The position numbers and the translations under genes are program-made. From contig CM060731.1 of the NCBI GenBank assembly GCA_030704615.1, forward strand, positions 47,306,001 to 47,370,000: a stretch of DNA of 64,000 nucleotides, written 5' to 3'. A model generated the notes under the pieces. That model did not search any database. It was not told the DNA's origin and saw only the letters and a program-made list of their open reading frames with translations. This document shows, in pieces, positions 1 through 13,147 of the stretch; position 1 is the first letter of the stretch; each line of letters begins with the position of its first letter. The DNA comes from Takakia lepidozioides. Its lineage: Eukaryota; Plantae; Bryophyta.

Positions 1-327
1 GCTATTCCGGGTGACACCGGGATTGCAACTCATACACGTGTGAGTCAGTGCGGATATAATTGATTGCAAGCCGCAAGATTTTAATGAACCGCCGTCTTTC
101 GCTTAACCGACGTGCCTTACGGGTGACATCTAGCTAGCTTCGTTCTTCGTTCTTTGATCATTGTTCAGTTTTCCCCTTCTCGCAGCCTTTCATATTCTTC
201 CTGCACTCCTTGCTGTGCGTGCTCCCTGTTGTGCGTTCTTCGGAATTCTCTTGGTCTTGGTCTTTTCTTGTCTTGTCTTTTCTTGTTCTTGCTTTTCTCT
301 TCTCTTCTGTCAGCTTTTTCTTTTGTC

Positions 328-2278
328 ATGGCTGATTGTTATTTGTTCCCTGGAGAGGCTACTATTCCATTTGATCACTTGAAAAGGGATGGCGAACGAG
401 TTCGCTTCTGGTACACTGAGCATGAGCATGCTACAATGATCGCGTACTGCCACACCAGGTGTAGAGAGGCCAAGGTGGAGGGAGCAAAGGGCCGGCCTAA
501 GTTCAAATGTCCTTATTGTGGGGCAGTAAAGGTAGATAAGAGCAGATTGAATCGGCATATTGTCGATGGAACGGCCGCATGTATGGCCAGACCGAAAGGA
601 ACAAAACCGTTTCCTGATGCGGAGCTCAAGCATGCCATGGCTGTTGAAAATGTGATGAATTCTGTTCCAGCTTCTTCTGTTGATGCATATCATGCATGGA
701 TTCTGCAAAATAGGGTGGCTTTGGGTGAGATTGCAGATCCTATTGAAGTGCCTGCTATTGTACCTACTTCGGCTATTTCTGTTACAGAGGTTCCATCTTC
801 TAGTGCTCCTGCTGTTTCTGTCCCTGGTCCTTCTATTCGGCAGGTTTCTAACGAGAGAGACAAGCGGCGATTGAGCCCGCCTCTACCTGTCCCTATTGCA
901 AAGAAAATCAACATTGGAAACCGGGGAAACCGGAGCTCAAGGTTCATCTTGCGAAAGAGAACTCCAGGCTCAATCCTTCTGCTACCGCATGGCCTTATTC
1001 CTCAGTTCCCATTTCCGAATGTCAATGAGAAGGGGTTTTGGCCGGCATTCCAAGAATTTGTTGCGCGAGGCGAGGGCGCAGTCCATGCGACAGCTGCAAA
1101 ATCAAGTTGGGTTCTATCGACAGACAATCAAGTTGGATTCCCTGCCATTTCTCTGTTTTTCAAATTTTGGGCTGTTGTCTATCCATGTAACCCCTTGTGT
1201 TACCCCCCCTGTCTCTCATGTGGCGTGTAACCCAGAGTGTAACCCACCTACAGAGGACCCCTTTTAAAAACCCCTATGGTGTGTAACCCACCTCTGTGTA
1301 ACCCCGTGTAGCCCATCTTGTTTGTAACCCATTTTCATGTGTAACCCCTCGTGCTGTAACCTTTTTCTCTGGTGTAACCCCTCACGCTGTATTGCGCAGG
1401 GAGCTCATATCATCTTAGAAGCGATGATATGGACAGTGTTGTTGCTGCCCACAAGGCGTTTACTGCCCAGCCGGATCATGGTCCGTTAATGATAGAGGAA
1501 TTGAATCGGGTGAAGGAGTATTTAGAGAGCATTGGGCATCCTGACATGCCAAAGTAGAAAAAGAAAAAAGGTGGGAGACTTACACGAGTCCATCGAGAGA
1601 GCCAAGCCTCACATGATGATGACACGATGGACGAACTAGCTGTTGGCAATACCGACCTTGACGATGCCAGAACTTCAAATCCTCTTGTCATCACTATTAC
1701 TGTAGATGGAATCAAAGGTTTGGTTGTTCCACATCCGTTGGAATTCACTCGTGGTTTTGCCGAAGGATTGATCAGTCAAATGGAGAATCTCACCAAACCG
1801 CACATTGGACCGCCACCACTCCTTTTGAGAATTCTAGCCCACAACGATGTAAGAAATCATGGCAGGTCAGTTTCCCAAACGCATCCCAGGTTGGGGTTCA
1901 CGACTGAACTTCTGGAAAGTGCTCTTACGGCCTCAAAGGTGAAGGACCTGGTCGATGAGTATTACGACTTTAGTCTGATGTACTTTGCACAACCTGGTGA
2001 CGGAATTGCGACCTTGGATTCTGAGCTCGAAGACTTAAGATCGAGTTTGAGTACAGAAGAGTGGGGTGACCGGTCAATTAAGATCAACGGAGCTATACAG
2101 TTTTGCAAGGCAAGCCGTCGTCGCGCCGCCCATCACTTTGCGATCCAACAGAGAGAATCGTTTATCCAGCTTTGGTGTTGTGGCCTCTTCAGCGAATCAC
2201 CAACAGAAATGGACTTCAATGCGCGTTTGGGCATCCAGTATATGAGAGACCTTGGGTCTGTAGTGCCTTGGTATCCCT
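328..2278 (+). pseudogene. Transposon accessory gene, N-terminal part, with a C2H2/BED-like zinc finger; spliced, one in-frame stop
   Basis: ATG at 328 gives FKCPYCG-x8-RLNRH-x6-C. The repeat-filled intron ends at an acceptor at ~1399 (gcgcag). The next exon has an in-frame TAG (~1555) and continues into ORF 1627-2343 up to a gtaagt donor at 2279. Confidence 0.5.
1186..1385. repeat. GTGTAACCC motif cluster (intronic)
   Basis: Many tgtaaccc/gtgtaacc copies in about 200 bp. Confidence 0.85.
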
Positions 2279-2309
2279 GTAAGTGTTACTCCATCCACTG
2301 TCACCCCTC

Positions 2310-2700
2310 TCGTCGTGTAACCCCTTTGTGTGTAATCTTGTAATCATTGTAACCCTCGCTATGTGGAACCTTGTAACTCAGTGTAACCCTCGTTGTGTGG
2401 AACCTTGTAATCAGTGTAACCCTCGCTATGTGGAACCTTGTACTCAGTGTAACCCTTGCTGTGTGTAAATCAGTGTAACCCTTGGAGTATGTAACCCTGT
2501 AATCAGTGTACCCCTAATGGTACCCCTCGCTGTGTTACCCTAGATTTGTTACCCTCTCGTTGTGTAATCTCAGTAGTGTAACCCATGGTAGTGTAACCCA
2601 TTGCAAACTACTGTCTCTAACAGGGTGGTGTAACCCATATCGTGTAATCCGAACCACTGTCTTGTCCTAGTCAGTGTAACCCTTACATAGTGTAACCCTT
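2310..2700. repeat. GTGTAACCC motif cluster / ~35-bp tandem repeat (intronic)
   Basis: Repeated cagtgtaaccctcgctatgtggaaccttgta-type units. Confidence 0.85.
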
Positions 2701-2894
2701 GCACTTTCAAAAACCTCGTTCCACGACTAAAAACCTTTGTCTTTTCCCCGATGCAGATGAGTCCGAGCTCATGACCAATCAAGTCGCCAATGCGTTCAAA
2801 AACCTTTTTGAGGCTCAACGTGAGCTTCACGAAGTTGTGTATGGGGCCCCTCCACAATGCGATACAGGGGGCGTAGGGGGCGCGCAGACGAGCG

Positions 2895-4754
2895 ATGGGC
2901 CAATTTCCGCCCCGCAGAGCGACGATGTACATGACGAGGACATCATTCCAAGTCAATCTGCCGTTGTATCTGCAGGTTGGTGAATTGTACTCAACCCAGC
3001 TGCACTTAGGGGTGAACCTAGCAGACTTGACGCGGGATTTGCCCATGATTTCTGATACTGATACTGAAGATGATACATCAAGGTGGAACACCCAAGTGCG
3101 AACCTCTTTGTCCGCAACCCCAGTCATTTCTTTTGAAGGTCTTAATCAAAGAATCGGGGACCCGCTTGACCCAGAGTCTGTGTATGACTTTGAATCTGGA
3201 GATGCTGGGTTGAACCCTCGATGCAGCAATGTAAGTATTTGTCAGGATCATGTGGTCAACCTCTCTCAGAATGACCCAACCTTCGTGGGTCCCATTGATG
3301 CGCAGGGTGACTCTGCAAGGGGAGGATGCCCTGAAACCGAGGGTTACACTGCACCCGAGGGTGACACTGTGCAGAGAGGAGCAATAGGGAAGGAGGGTTA
3401 CACTGCACCTCAGGGTGACACTGTGCAGAGAGGAGCAACAAGGAAGGAGGGTTACACTGCACCTCAGGGTGACACTGTGCAGAGAGGAGCAACAGGGAAG
3501 GAGGGTTACACTGCACCTCAGGGTGACACTACGGATACCGGTGTGGCTGACAATGTCGTGAGGGACATTGTCGTGGGTGACACACCATTGCCCGTGAACA
3601 CTGCAACTTCCGTTGAGAGTGACATTGACATGGGTTACACTGATAGGGGTGACACCCCACAGCCAACCCACATGGTAGATGTCAGTGAGTGTAACACTGT
3701 CATGGATGACATTCCACTATCACTAGTCGTGGAAGGTGACACTCCTTTGCCACGGCCACTAGTTGACGGTCTTCTGCTAGTCAACATGGTCTTGGAGGGT
3801 GCGGAGAAGGGCGACACAATCAAGGATGGCATTGAGGAGGTTGATGCAAAGAATAGTGACATCGACATGGGTGACACGGGGAAGGGTGTCACCGAGGAGG
3901 TTGTCAGTTGGAAGGGTGACACAAAGCAGGGTCACACTGAGAAGCGTTTCACTGTGGAGAGTCACGAAGAGAAGGATGTTGCGGAGCATCTAGACACTGA
4001 GAAGAGTGACACTGCCAAGGGTGACACACATAAGATTGTTACTCAGCAGAGTGACACTGGGAAGGAACCCGATGAGAAGGGTGACACTGCGAAGAGTGAC
4101 ACTGATAATGCGGCCAAAGAGAAGGGTGACACTGAGAAGGTAGCCGGAGAGAAGGGCGACACTGAGATGCGTGACTCTGAGGAGGTAGCTGAAGAGAAGG
4201 GTGACACTAAGAAGAGTGACACTGAGGAGGTAGCCGAAGAGAAGGGTGACATTGAGAAGGAAGCCGAAGAGAAGGGTGACACTGAGAATCGTGACACTGA
4301 GGAGGTAGCCGAAGAGAAGGGTGACACTAAGAAGCATGACAAGGGGTTTGAACAGAAGGGTGACACTGACAGGGGTAGCACCGAGGAGGTGAGCTGTGAC
4401 ACTTCTGCCCTTGGTCAATCACCTCCCCAGCACGTCTCAGACGAGGGAGTGCAGTCTTCAGCACTTGCAGCAAACTCAGAACAAGGCACCTCTGGCTCAG
4501 AAATTCCCCCTACCGGCGGCATTGTCAGGGTTGCAGAGAATCCCAGGAGGTCAAAACGGCCGCCTGCTCAAAGAAAGCGGTTGGCTGAACCCCCTAGCGC
4601 TGACAAAGAAGTATCTGTTCTTGTCGCACCCAAAAAACAGCGAACCAAACCGAAAGGCAAAAGTGCAGGGGTCTCGGAGGTTGACGTTGTCCAGCAGCAA
4701 GAGGTCCTTGCCAAGCACTTGCAGGAGCGTTCGAGGTACCTCATTGTACTTTGA
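2895..4754 (+). CDS. Low-complexity acidic repeat exon/ORF (GDT/GYT and EKGDT repeats), probably part of the same transposon accessory gene
   Basis: 619-aa ORF with 3 x 60-bp repeats (EGYTAPQGDTVQRGATGK, ~3340-3530) and EKGDT repeats (~4070-4370). Basic NLS-like C-terminus; donor gag|gtacc at ~4736. Confidence 0.5.
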   Translation: MGQFPPRRATMYMTRTSFQVNLPLYLQVGELYSTQLHLGVNLADLTRDLPMISDTDTEDDTSRWNTQVRTSLSATPVISFEGLNQRIGDPLDPESVYDFESGDAGLNPRCSNVSICQDHVVNLSQNDPTFVGPIDAQGDSARGGCPETEGYTAPEGDTVQRGAIGKEGYTAPQGDTVQRGATRKEGYTAPQGDTVQRGATGKEGYTAPQGDTTDTGVADNVVRDIVVGDTPLPVNTATSVESDIDMGYTDRGDTPQPTHMVDVSECNTVMDDIPLSLVVEGDTPLPRPLVDGLLLVNMVLEGAEKGDTIKDGIEEVDAKNSDIDMGDTGKGVTEEVVSWKGDTKQGHTEKRFTVESHEEKDVAEHLDTEKSDTAKGDTHKIVTQQSDTGKEPDEKGDTAKSDTDNAAKEKGDTEKVAGEKGDTEMRDSEEVAEEKGDTKKSDTEEVAEEKGDIEKEAEEKGDTENRDTEEVAEEKGDTKKHDKGFEQKGDTDRGSTEEVSCDTSALGQSPPQHVSDEGVQSSALAANSEQGTSGSEIPPTGGIVRVAENPRRSKRPPAQRKRLAEPPSADKEVSVLVAPKKQRTKPKGKSAGVSEVDVVQQQEVLAKHLQERSRYLIVL

Positions 4755-4832
4755 TCCTCTCTGATTTTGAATATTGATTATAACTCTTGTATGATGCATC
4801 GTAATGTTCGTAATGTGCGGTTTGTTGTGCAG

Positions 4833-5790
4833 ACTAAAACAACAGTACTTGACAAAGTTCAGAATGGTGTTGGACCCTCCTGGGGCGCCCGAAGTGAAGT
4901 TTTATTATGGCGATGCCTTCCTGGCTTCTAGTCCGTTACAGTTTTACTTGGAAGAGACAGATTTTGAGCCGATGTATAAAATAAGAGCAACTGTCACAGA
5001 TGCATTGCTCTCGGGTTACAACAAACTTCTGGAGGCCAAATTGTTTAAGGCTATCGCACCTGAGTTTGTCATCTGTGCTCCTTTTCAATGGCATGTCATG
5101 CGTACCAATGGTAACGATCTGCAGACGCTATTCGGGTTGGTGCAAGAATGGTACACTCAGGATGCCCGAGGGATGGTGTTCACAAAGAATCGAGATCTTG
5201 TGGACGTGGTTGTCATCCCTATTGTCTTCGAGTAAGTAATTTCAGCGTTGACTGAGCATGTTGGGTTACACTCCTCTATTCTAGACTGAGTTGCACTAGT
5301 GACTGCTGACTAGTTGTGTAACACCGTTTAGAGTTACAGTACAAAGGGTTACACTACTGGGTTACACCACAGCCGGGTTACACCACAATGGGTTTCATTG
5401 GAGATGTTTTTTTCTATTCTGACGTAACGGCTTTATTTGTGTTGCAGTGATCACTGGAGTGTTGCTGTTTTAGAGCGCCGAGGTCGGATAGTACATTTGG
5501 ACTCCCATAAAACAATTGCCCGACCCAAACTCATTGAAGGAATTTTGCGAAATTTTGCCATAGCGTTCTTTGATTTCATGCCTGGATCTGATGACTTCAG
5601 TTACGTCATGGAGAGGATGGAATGGTTTGAGGCCAGTGTCCCCCAGCAACGAAGCTGTTGGGAGTGCGGCTATTATGCACTTTGTTTTGTGCAATTTTAC
5701 TTGGAGTGGAAGTTCAATGTGAAAACCACAGAAGATCGAACCCGTCATAGGCGGGCGTTTACTACAAGTTGGTTCAACGAGTCAACCATG
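4833..5790 (+). CDS. Ulp1-like (peptidase C48) SUMO protease domain, 2 exons, 3'-truncated; typical MULE accessory gene
   Basis: VVVIPIVF|DHWSVAVL...VHLDSH...VPQQRSCWECGYYAL supplies the His/Asp/Gln/Cys motifs of Ulp1. Intron ~5230-5447 (gtaagt...gttgcag) contains ggttacac repeats. Confidence 0.8.
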
Positions 5791-5799
5791 ATAGAGCCT

Positions 5800-7700
5800 G
5801 CTGGAGAAGGGCAAAGAGGTCCATGGTTGCATCGTCAAAGCTGGAACACAAGGTCGAGGACAAGGTGGTGAGGGCACCTTCTTCAACCTATTTCAGCCTG
5901 TTTTTCCCTCTCATCAGACTCGGCCCTGAGATGCATATTGAATTCTGTAAGTTAGCTCGTTGGCTTCTGAAAGAGGATCAAGAGAAGGAGTCCGCAGTGC
6001 CTCTTCTGGCTCTTCTGGGCATGTGAAGATGCTTTGTAGGCAGGTAGACTGAAAGAGGCTCTACAGACTTTAAACCAAGGAGCATTTCAGCAGATTCAGA
6101 TATGTATGTATGTCTCTTGCTTAAGTGCATCAAGATGAAAGGTCTGGAAGCTGGAAAGCAGGTGCACACCCACATTATCCAAAGTGGATCCACGCCAAGT
6201 GTTTTTCTCCTCAACACCCTTGTCAACATGTATGTTAAGTGCGGGAGCATTGTGAATGCTCACCAAGTGTTCAACGGAATGCCTCAACGATCTTTGATCA
6301 CATGGAATACAATGTTGGCAGGATTTACCAAGCATGGGTGTGGTAGGAATGCTTTGGAGACATATGAGCAAATGATGCGCGAAGGGGTCAAGCCCAACCA
6401 CATCACATGTGTTTGTGTTTGCAATGCGTGTGCAAGCCTGGAAAAGGAGAAAGAGGTCCATGGTGACATCGGTCAAAGCTGGAATTGCACCAGATGTCAT
6501 TCTGAACACTGCCCTGGTGGACATGAATGCCAAATGTGGATGCATTGAGGCTGAAAATGGAGTTTTCGACACCATGGCTGAACGAGATGTGGTGTCGTGG
6601 AGTGCGATGCTTGCAGGGTATGCACAGCAGGGACGTGGGATGTAGGCTTTGGAGACCTGTGAGCAAATGATGGGGGAAGGGGTGGAGCCCGGCCGCATCA
6701 TGTTTGTGTGCATTTGCAATGTTTGTGCAAGCCTAGCAGCCCTGGAGAAGGGCAAAGAGGTGCATGTGGATATCATCAAAGTTGGAATTATACCAAATGT
6801 CATTCTGAACATTGCCCTCGTAGCTCTAGAAAAGGGGAAAGAGGTCCATGGCGACATCTTCATCGGCTCCGACCTGGCACCTACATGTCACAGTACCGTG
6901 AAATACGGATTTCCAGGCAGTTTCCCCTAGAAATCCACAATTTAAATGTCATTCTGAACAAGACCCTGGTGGACATGTTTGCAATATGTGGGTGTGCATT
7001 TGCAATGCTTGTGCAAGCCTGGCAGCCCTGGAGAAGGGCAAAGAGGTGCATGGGGATATCATCAAAGCTGGAATGGTACCAAATGTCATTCTGAACACTG
7101 CCCTGGCAGCTCTGGAAAAGGGGAAAGAGGTACATGGAGACATCTTCAGAGCTGGAATTGTACCAAATGTCATTCTGAACAAGACCCTGGTGGACATGTT
7201 TGCAATATGTGGGTGCATCGAGGATGCAAATGGAGTGTTCAATACTATGGCTGAACGAGATGTGGTGTCATGGAGTGCGATGTTTGCAGGGTATGCACAG
7301 CAGGGACGTGGGATGGAGGCTTTGGAGACCTATGAGCTAATGATGGGGGAAGGGGTGAAGCCCGGCCACATCATGTTTGTGTGCATTTGCAATGCTTATG
7401 CAAACCTGGCAGCCCTGGACGAGGGCAAAGAGGTGCATGGGGATATCATCAAAGCTGGAATTGTACCAAATGTCATTCTGAACATTGCCCTGGCAGCTCT
7501 GGAAAAGGGGAAAGAGGTACATGGCGACATCTTCAGAGCTGGAATTGTACCAAATGTCATTATGAACAATACCTTGGTGGACATGTTTGCAAAATGTGGG
7601 TGCGTCGAGGATGCAAAGGGAGTATATTCAACACTATGGCTGAACGAGATGTGGTGTCGTGGAGCCACAGCAAGGCTGGGGATGTATTCACGATTTGTAC
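5800..7700 (+). pseudogene. PLS-class PPR pseudogene (RNA-editing-factor-like) with internal tandem duplications
   Basis: Repeated P/L/S motifs (NTLVNMYVKCGSIVNAHQVF, RDVVSWSAMFAGYAQQG, LEKGKEVHGDIIKAG) with stops and frameshifts; no E/DYW domain seen. Confidence 0.9.
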
Positions 7701-8322
7701 ACAGGCATGGATAGCTGAAGGATTATTGTATTGCTGCCGTCTTAAAGGAAAAGGATGTTGGATATAAATGGTATCTGGTGGTAAATGAATGTTCATGGAT
7801 TCCACTCCATTGATATGGAGGGGAACTTGTCCCTCTATCTGACGTTAAATTAATGCCACAGGTGACCAGCGATGGCCAAGAATGTCTGGGGCCTACTATT
7901 TTCAATTTCTGGCTGTAATGGGGGTTTAGTTGTAGTAGGCAAAGACAGACCACAGAGCGATTGGCCTGATATTGTTGTATGCACTGTTTGACTAATTGAA
8001 GCAAAGATCAATATGAAGGCAAGGAAACCATGCAGCAGTGGAAGTTGAATATCCCTTTGTCAATAACCATATGTTGCAATTATTTCCTGTCAAACATCTT
8101 TGTTGCTTTATTCTTTGGCCTAGTTTGAGAGTAGGCAATGTTTATGGCAAACTCACCAGTGGTTGCTATGGAGGGAGGGCAGCCCACCATTATTACCAAT
8201 GCTGAGGGTCATCAAACCACACCTTCGGTACTCTCTTCCCCGGCCATTATACAGTACCATTTTATTTTATCTCTTTAGTGCCAAAACGAATTTAGGCATA
8301 AAACTTCCCTGCAGTTTGTGAA

Positions 8323-8700
8323 ATGGGTGAGGACCTTCAGGGCCTATCTACCATCGGCACTAGACTGAAAGTTAAACTCAGCAGGGAGTCTACCTTTGTG
8401 GAGATGGGTCAAGGCCCCATGTGCGGGTGGCCTGAAGACAATATCCATTTTCTGATACAGTGTCCAGGGTATTATCATGAGAGAGTAGCCCTCTTCTGGA
8501 CCATCAAGAACATAGTCCCTGCTCCCTCCCTACTCCTCTGTTCACCAACTTTCACAATCTCGAGGCTACTTAGCCTAAAGCCCTGGCCCTGTTAGGGTCA
8601 AATTGCTCAAAGCAAATTGATGCTTGTATGAAGGGATTTCTAGGGGAAATCTGGAAAGCCCGAACCAATTGCTTATACCAAGGTAAGTCTAGTGAGCCTA
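8323..8700 (+). mobile_element. LINE ORF2 C-terminal (zf-RVT-like) fragment
   Basis: PMCGWPEDNIHFLIQCPGYYHER resembles the Cx2C...HxxxxC knuckle of LINE ORF2. Confidence 0.5.
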
Positions 8701-9187
8701 AGGTAGTGTCTGATCCCTCTTGTTCCCACAAGGCTACAACAAACAACAACTCATGAGTACATCTCCAAGGGTGTACATTTTTTCCTGTAGTTCTTGTGTC
8801 CCTGGATCCTTCAGGTTCTTTTGCTGAATTTTGAAAGAACAATTTTATCTTCTAGTGACTGACATCAGCTCCAGTTCTGTCTGATATATATATCTTAATG
8901 ATCTAGGATAATATATGTCTAAATAATATATATCCTGTAGTTCTTACAGATTTCCTTTTCATGGGGATGCAAGACAGCTAGGATATTTGCTTAACATTGA
9001 CAACAACCCCTATAGTTTTTAGACCATTGAATGATCGGTGATCCCAGCCCATAGCTCAATCAAACAATCTGAATCACAAGATGAGTCAGACTTCTCTTTG
9101 TTGTGCCGTTTGTTGCTCTTTGTAGGTGGTTGCATACACAAAGAAGGGTGACCGATTAGTGGGTCAGAGTGCCAAGCGCCAGGTCAG

Positions 9188-9485
9188 CTTGCAGGGTATG
9201 CACAGCAGGGACAGGGTATGGAGGCTTTGGAGACCTATGATCAAATACTGATGGGGGAAGGGGTGAAGCCCAACCACATCACGTTGCAGCATACGGGTAC
9301 TTCACAGCCATGGCGGCTCTCTCAGCCCCTCCATTTTATTTTATTTTTGTTTTTTTTTGGCGCTGGGAGAGAGCAGCAGCTCTGCTGTCTCCTTCCCCTT
9401 GCTTATGCCGATCGTTAAAGTGGAAATTGTACCAGTTGTCATTCTGAACTCTGCCCTGGTGGACATGTATGCCAAATGTGGTGTA
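9188..9485 (+). pseudogene. PPR fragments
   Basis: gcagggtatgcacagcaggg...MEALETYDQ...EGVKPNHIT and ...ctgaactctgccctggtggacatgtatgccaaatgtgg. Confidence 0.75.
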
Positions 9486-9499
9486 GTGTGAAAAGAAGG

Positions 9500-11530
9500 G
9501 GCGTGAATCCCCTTCTGTGCATGTGTAGTTGTGCTCCTCCCCAAGTCAATTGGAGGGAAGGAAAGGAGCTGTCCTCTCAGGTGATCCAACCCTCGTCACT
9601 CGGTGTGGGTTTCCCTCAGGTCCTTCATGATCAGAGTTCACACAATCCTCATCCACGCCGCAGCGGAAGAGAAGACATGGATGGGGAGTCTGTATTGTTT
9701 TCACCCGTGGTTCTACTTCTACACAACATCCTCTCCCTGGTACACTGCACCAGCCCTGTTACCATGCTGTCTTCAGTGATGCAACCAGCCCTACGTCAGT
9801 GATGACCACTGCCCTTGTGGGCAGCTCCCTTGGTCAGCAACAAGTGGAATCCCCTTTGTAATAAGATCACGATTTGGAAGGAGGCAACTCAGATCTGCCA
9901 TGAGTTGCAGGCCCACCAGTTTGGCCCTTCATGGGTTCATGCTTTCTTTATCTTACCGCCCCAATCATACTCTCCATCCCCTCTTGCTGGTCAGCTCTCT
10001 CCCTTATGTCCTTTTCTCTCTCCCTTTCTCTTTCCTTCAGGGTGAGTAGGTTCCTCACTCTTTCCACTGTAGCATGTCTATGATGCAATGCAATGCGCAT
10101 TCAGCCAAGCATCCAGTGCACCCAGCATTGAAATCAACCTTGGTCACACAAGATATAATCAGCCCTTTTATCAGTCCCTCTCTTGCCAATGACAGATGCT
10201 TCACGCTCTACTTTTCCCAGGTGTAGCCATTTGCCCAAGACAGCTCTCAACCCTTCTACAGGTCTCAATTTACACACCCTGACAGCTCTCTTTTTCCCAT
10301 CAACTGTGAACCTCAGTGGTTCACATGCTGAGAGCACCCTGAGAATCAGATCCAAACCCAAACAGATGTTGGTTTTTCTGCCCCATCCACATCATCCCTT
10401 CTTGTTGTTTCCAAACAGTTCAATCTAACTCTCACTGGTTTCCTCTACCTACTAAGCTAGTTCCACATTGACTGCAATGTGTCAACATCCCAGGCTAGAT
10501 TGTTTGTACAAGCTCATGACGCTGAAACAAGAAACAAGAATACAACAACAGCAACCATTCTGTCCCAGCAACGAATCAACCCTGTTTCCATTCATTTTTC
10601 CTACTCTACAATGTAACAGCAGGTGCATCCATCTCCAGTCCATCCTGGTTTGAAGTCCAGTGTCTTCATTCCATTTCCAAAGCTCTTTTTCTTCCTCACA
10701 TGTCAGTGTCTCTTACTACATACAAGAGACAGTCCAAACTTCACAAAGCGATTTCTAAGTCACCCCAAAAAGAGAGAAAACCACTCTTCAAACTTATCTG
10801 TTTTATACTCATTGAAGCGGTGGGTCTGCCTGTCACGAAAGCACCTTGTCCTCTCCCTCGTCAGCCATTTCCGACGTCTCTTCTTATCGTGAATCCTCAT
10901 CAAGGCATGACGGCTCTGCTTCAGCTGCTGGCACATCCTTGTGTCTGCCAACCTCTACCCTATCCTTCTACATGTGCATTTCTTCCCTATGAAGTGATCT
11001 GGTCCTACAGCCTTTAAGACAGAGAGCAGATACAAAACTTAATTATAGATAGCTTAAGCGCCATACACACCAGAAGGCGGCACCGCTTCCTCTTGCACTG
11101 AATGCCAAGCCAGATCCCTTAACGTCGCTCTTTAAGGCAAGCTGATTCCTTTACAAAGTGATATGGTCCTAAAGCTCAAAAACAGACAGCAGCTACAAGA
11201 TTTGATCACAGACAACCTGAGGCGCTATACACACCAGCCTACATTTCTCATCCCCCAACACCTGTTGAGCCGCTCCATCTCCTCATTAATGTGCTCATCA
11301 AGACAATGGCGACAGCAGTGGTGCACCGCCCTTATCACAAACCTGATCCCTCTGGTTTGATCATTGCTTACGAAGAAGGCGGCACCGCTTCTTCTTGCAC
11401 AGAAAGCCAAGCAGGAGCTCTTAACATTTCTCTTAAAAGCAAGCTGATACCCTTTGCATAGGTGGAACTTTCTCAGATATCCTGTGCTGCCAACACCACT
11501 GCAGCAGCTGCGAAAAGATACCCGCACTCT
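9500..11530 (-). mobile_element. Possible highly degenerate LINE (APE endonuclease region)
   Basis: Only a VDFNA (GDFNA-like) motif at ~10130 and a purine-rich minus strand; a ~90-bp duplication at 11070-11160 / 11370-11462. Confidence 0.25.
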
Positions 11531-11819
11531 TCCCCTTCGAATTTCACATCCTGCTTCTAGGGTTCAACATCATGGATGAAAATCATTCATCCTAGGGATG
11601 AAAAGGCGCATGTCATTACTTAGCCATATTTTGTTCTTGGCAGATCAATAGCATAGTCTTTCCATGGAATTACCTCAAGTTATGGACAATTCCTCCCCTT
11701 CATTAGCACGAAGGGCACTCCCTTTGTAGTAGTGCCGAAACCTGATGCCAAACAAAAACTTGAATTTTTACCCCCTGCACTCACACTACAGTGGGTGCAA
11801 CAAGCCTTATTCGAAAGGA

Positions 11820-12460
11820 GAGTTGGACAATATGGCTGAACGAGATATGGTATTTTGGAGTGCCATGATTGCAAGGTATGTGCAGCATGGGTATGGGATT
11901 ACTTGGCTTTGGAAATCTAAGAGCAAATGATGTGGGAAGGGATGAAGCCAGACCAGGTCATGCTCATTTGTGTTTGTAATATGCATATGCAAGCCTAGCA
12001 GCCCTGGGAAGGGGCAAAGAGGTTCATGGTGACATTATCAAAGCTGGAATTTTACCAAATGTCGTTCTGAACATTCCCTTGGTGCACATCTACAGCAAAT
12101 GTGAGCCTGTCAGCCCTAAAAAGGGCACAAAGGTCCATGGTGACATCGTCAAAGTTGGAATTGTATCACTAGATGTCACTCTAAACACTGCCTTGATGGA
12201 TATGTATATGAAGGCAGCCCTGGATCAAGTGGATGTCACTTTGGGAGACATGGTAGCTGGCACCACCATTCTCAGGAACTACAAGTTCCTGAATTCATTG
12301 TCGAAATGATTTCTAGTGATGTTCTGTCAATTACCAGATGTCATTCTGAACACTGCCCTGGTGGACATGTATGCCAAATGTGGGTGCATCGAGGATGCAA
12401 AGGGAGTGTTCAACACTATGGCTGAATGAGATGTGGTGTCGTGGAGTGCGATGCTTGCAG
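11820..12460 (+). pseudogene. PPR fragments (same PLS family as 5800-7700)
   Basis: MAERDMVFWSAMIARYVQHG, KGKEVHGDIIKAG, NTALVDMYAKCGCIEDAKGVF; broken frames. Confidence 0.85.
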
Positions 12461-13147
12461 CCACCGCGCTACCTGTCAGCAAGACAACTCCCAAACCTCC
12501 AGTCCTTGACTGCCAGAATGGGGTAAGGGTTCCTTACCTACAATTTTCCATTTTGCACACATCGAGTTTGTGTAATGGTGCTTAGACATATTCTTAGCAA
12601 TGTTACTTTGTTTCACATATGTCAATGTTGTTGTTGCTATGATATTGCCTGAAAGCTTGCTCATGTATCTTCTGCCGTTTTCGGGCTGGATGGCAGTTGA
12701 AGGTGGGTGACCAAGTCCAGCCAAGCCAGTGTATGCATCTTCTGCTCAGGCATTTGGAAGTCTACTTAGACATTGCAGCTTTGTGCATTTTTATAGCAGC
12801 ACCGGCTTAGATTATGGAACGGATCTCTGAACATTAAGTCACGTTGTATTTTAATCGATGTTCCAATTTCAAATGTGCTTTCATGTTTCAATGCTGCTAG
12901 AGTCAGGCCCATGACCACGATCATGTACACGACTACCTCCCATCCACAAAGCCTCCGCCACGTGCCACTTTCACCCCTTCGCCCATACTCGTGCCACGTG
13001 CAGTATCCAGAGTGCGCCATGGAACATTCGGATTTCATGAGGTTTGATTGAGCTTGCACTTTCAGGACTTCCCACCGTTCCATATGTGTCTTCAATGTCT
13101 GCTTCCTTCACGGCGGGTCCCTGGATTTCTAAGAAAAAAAAAACACG

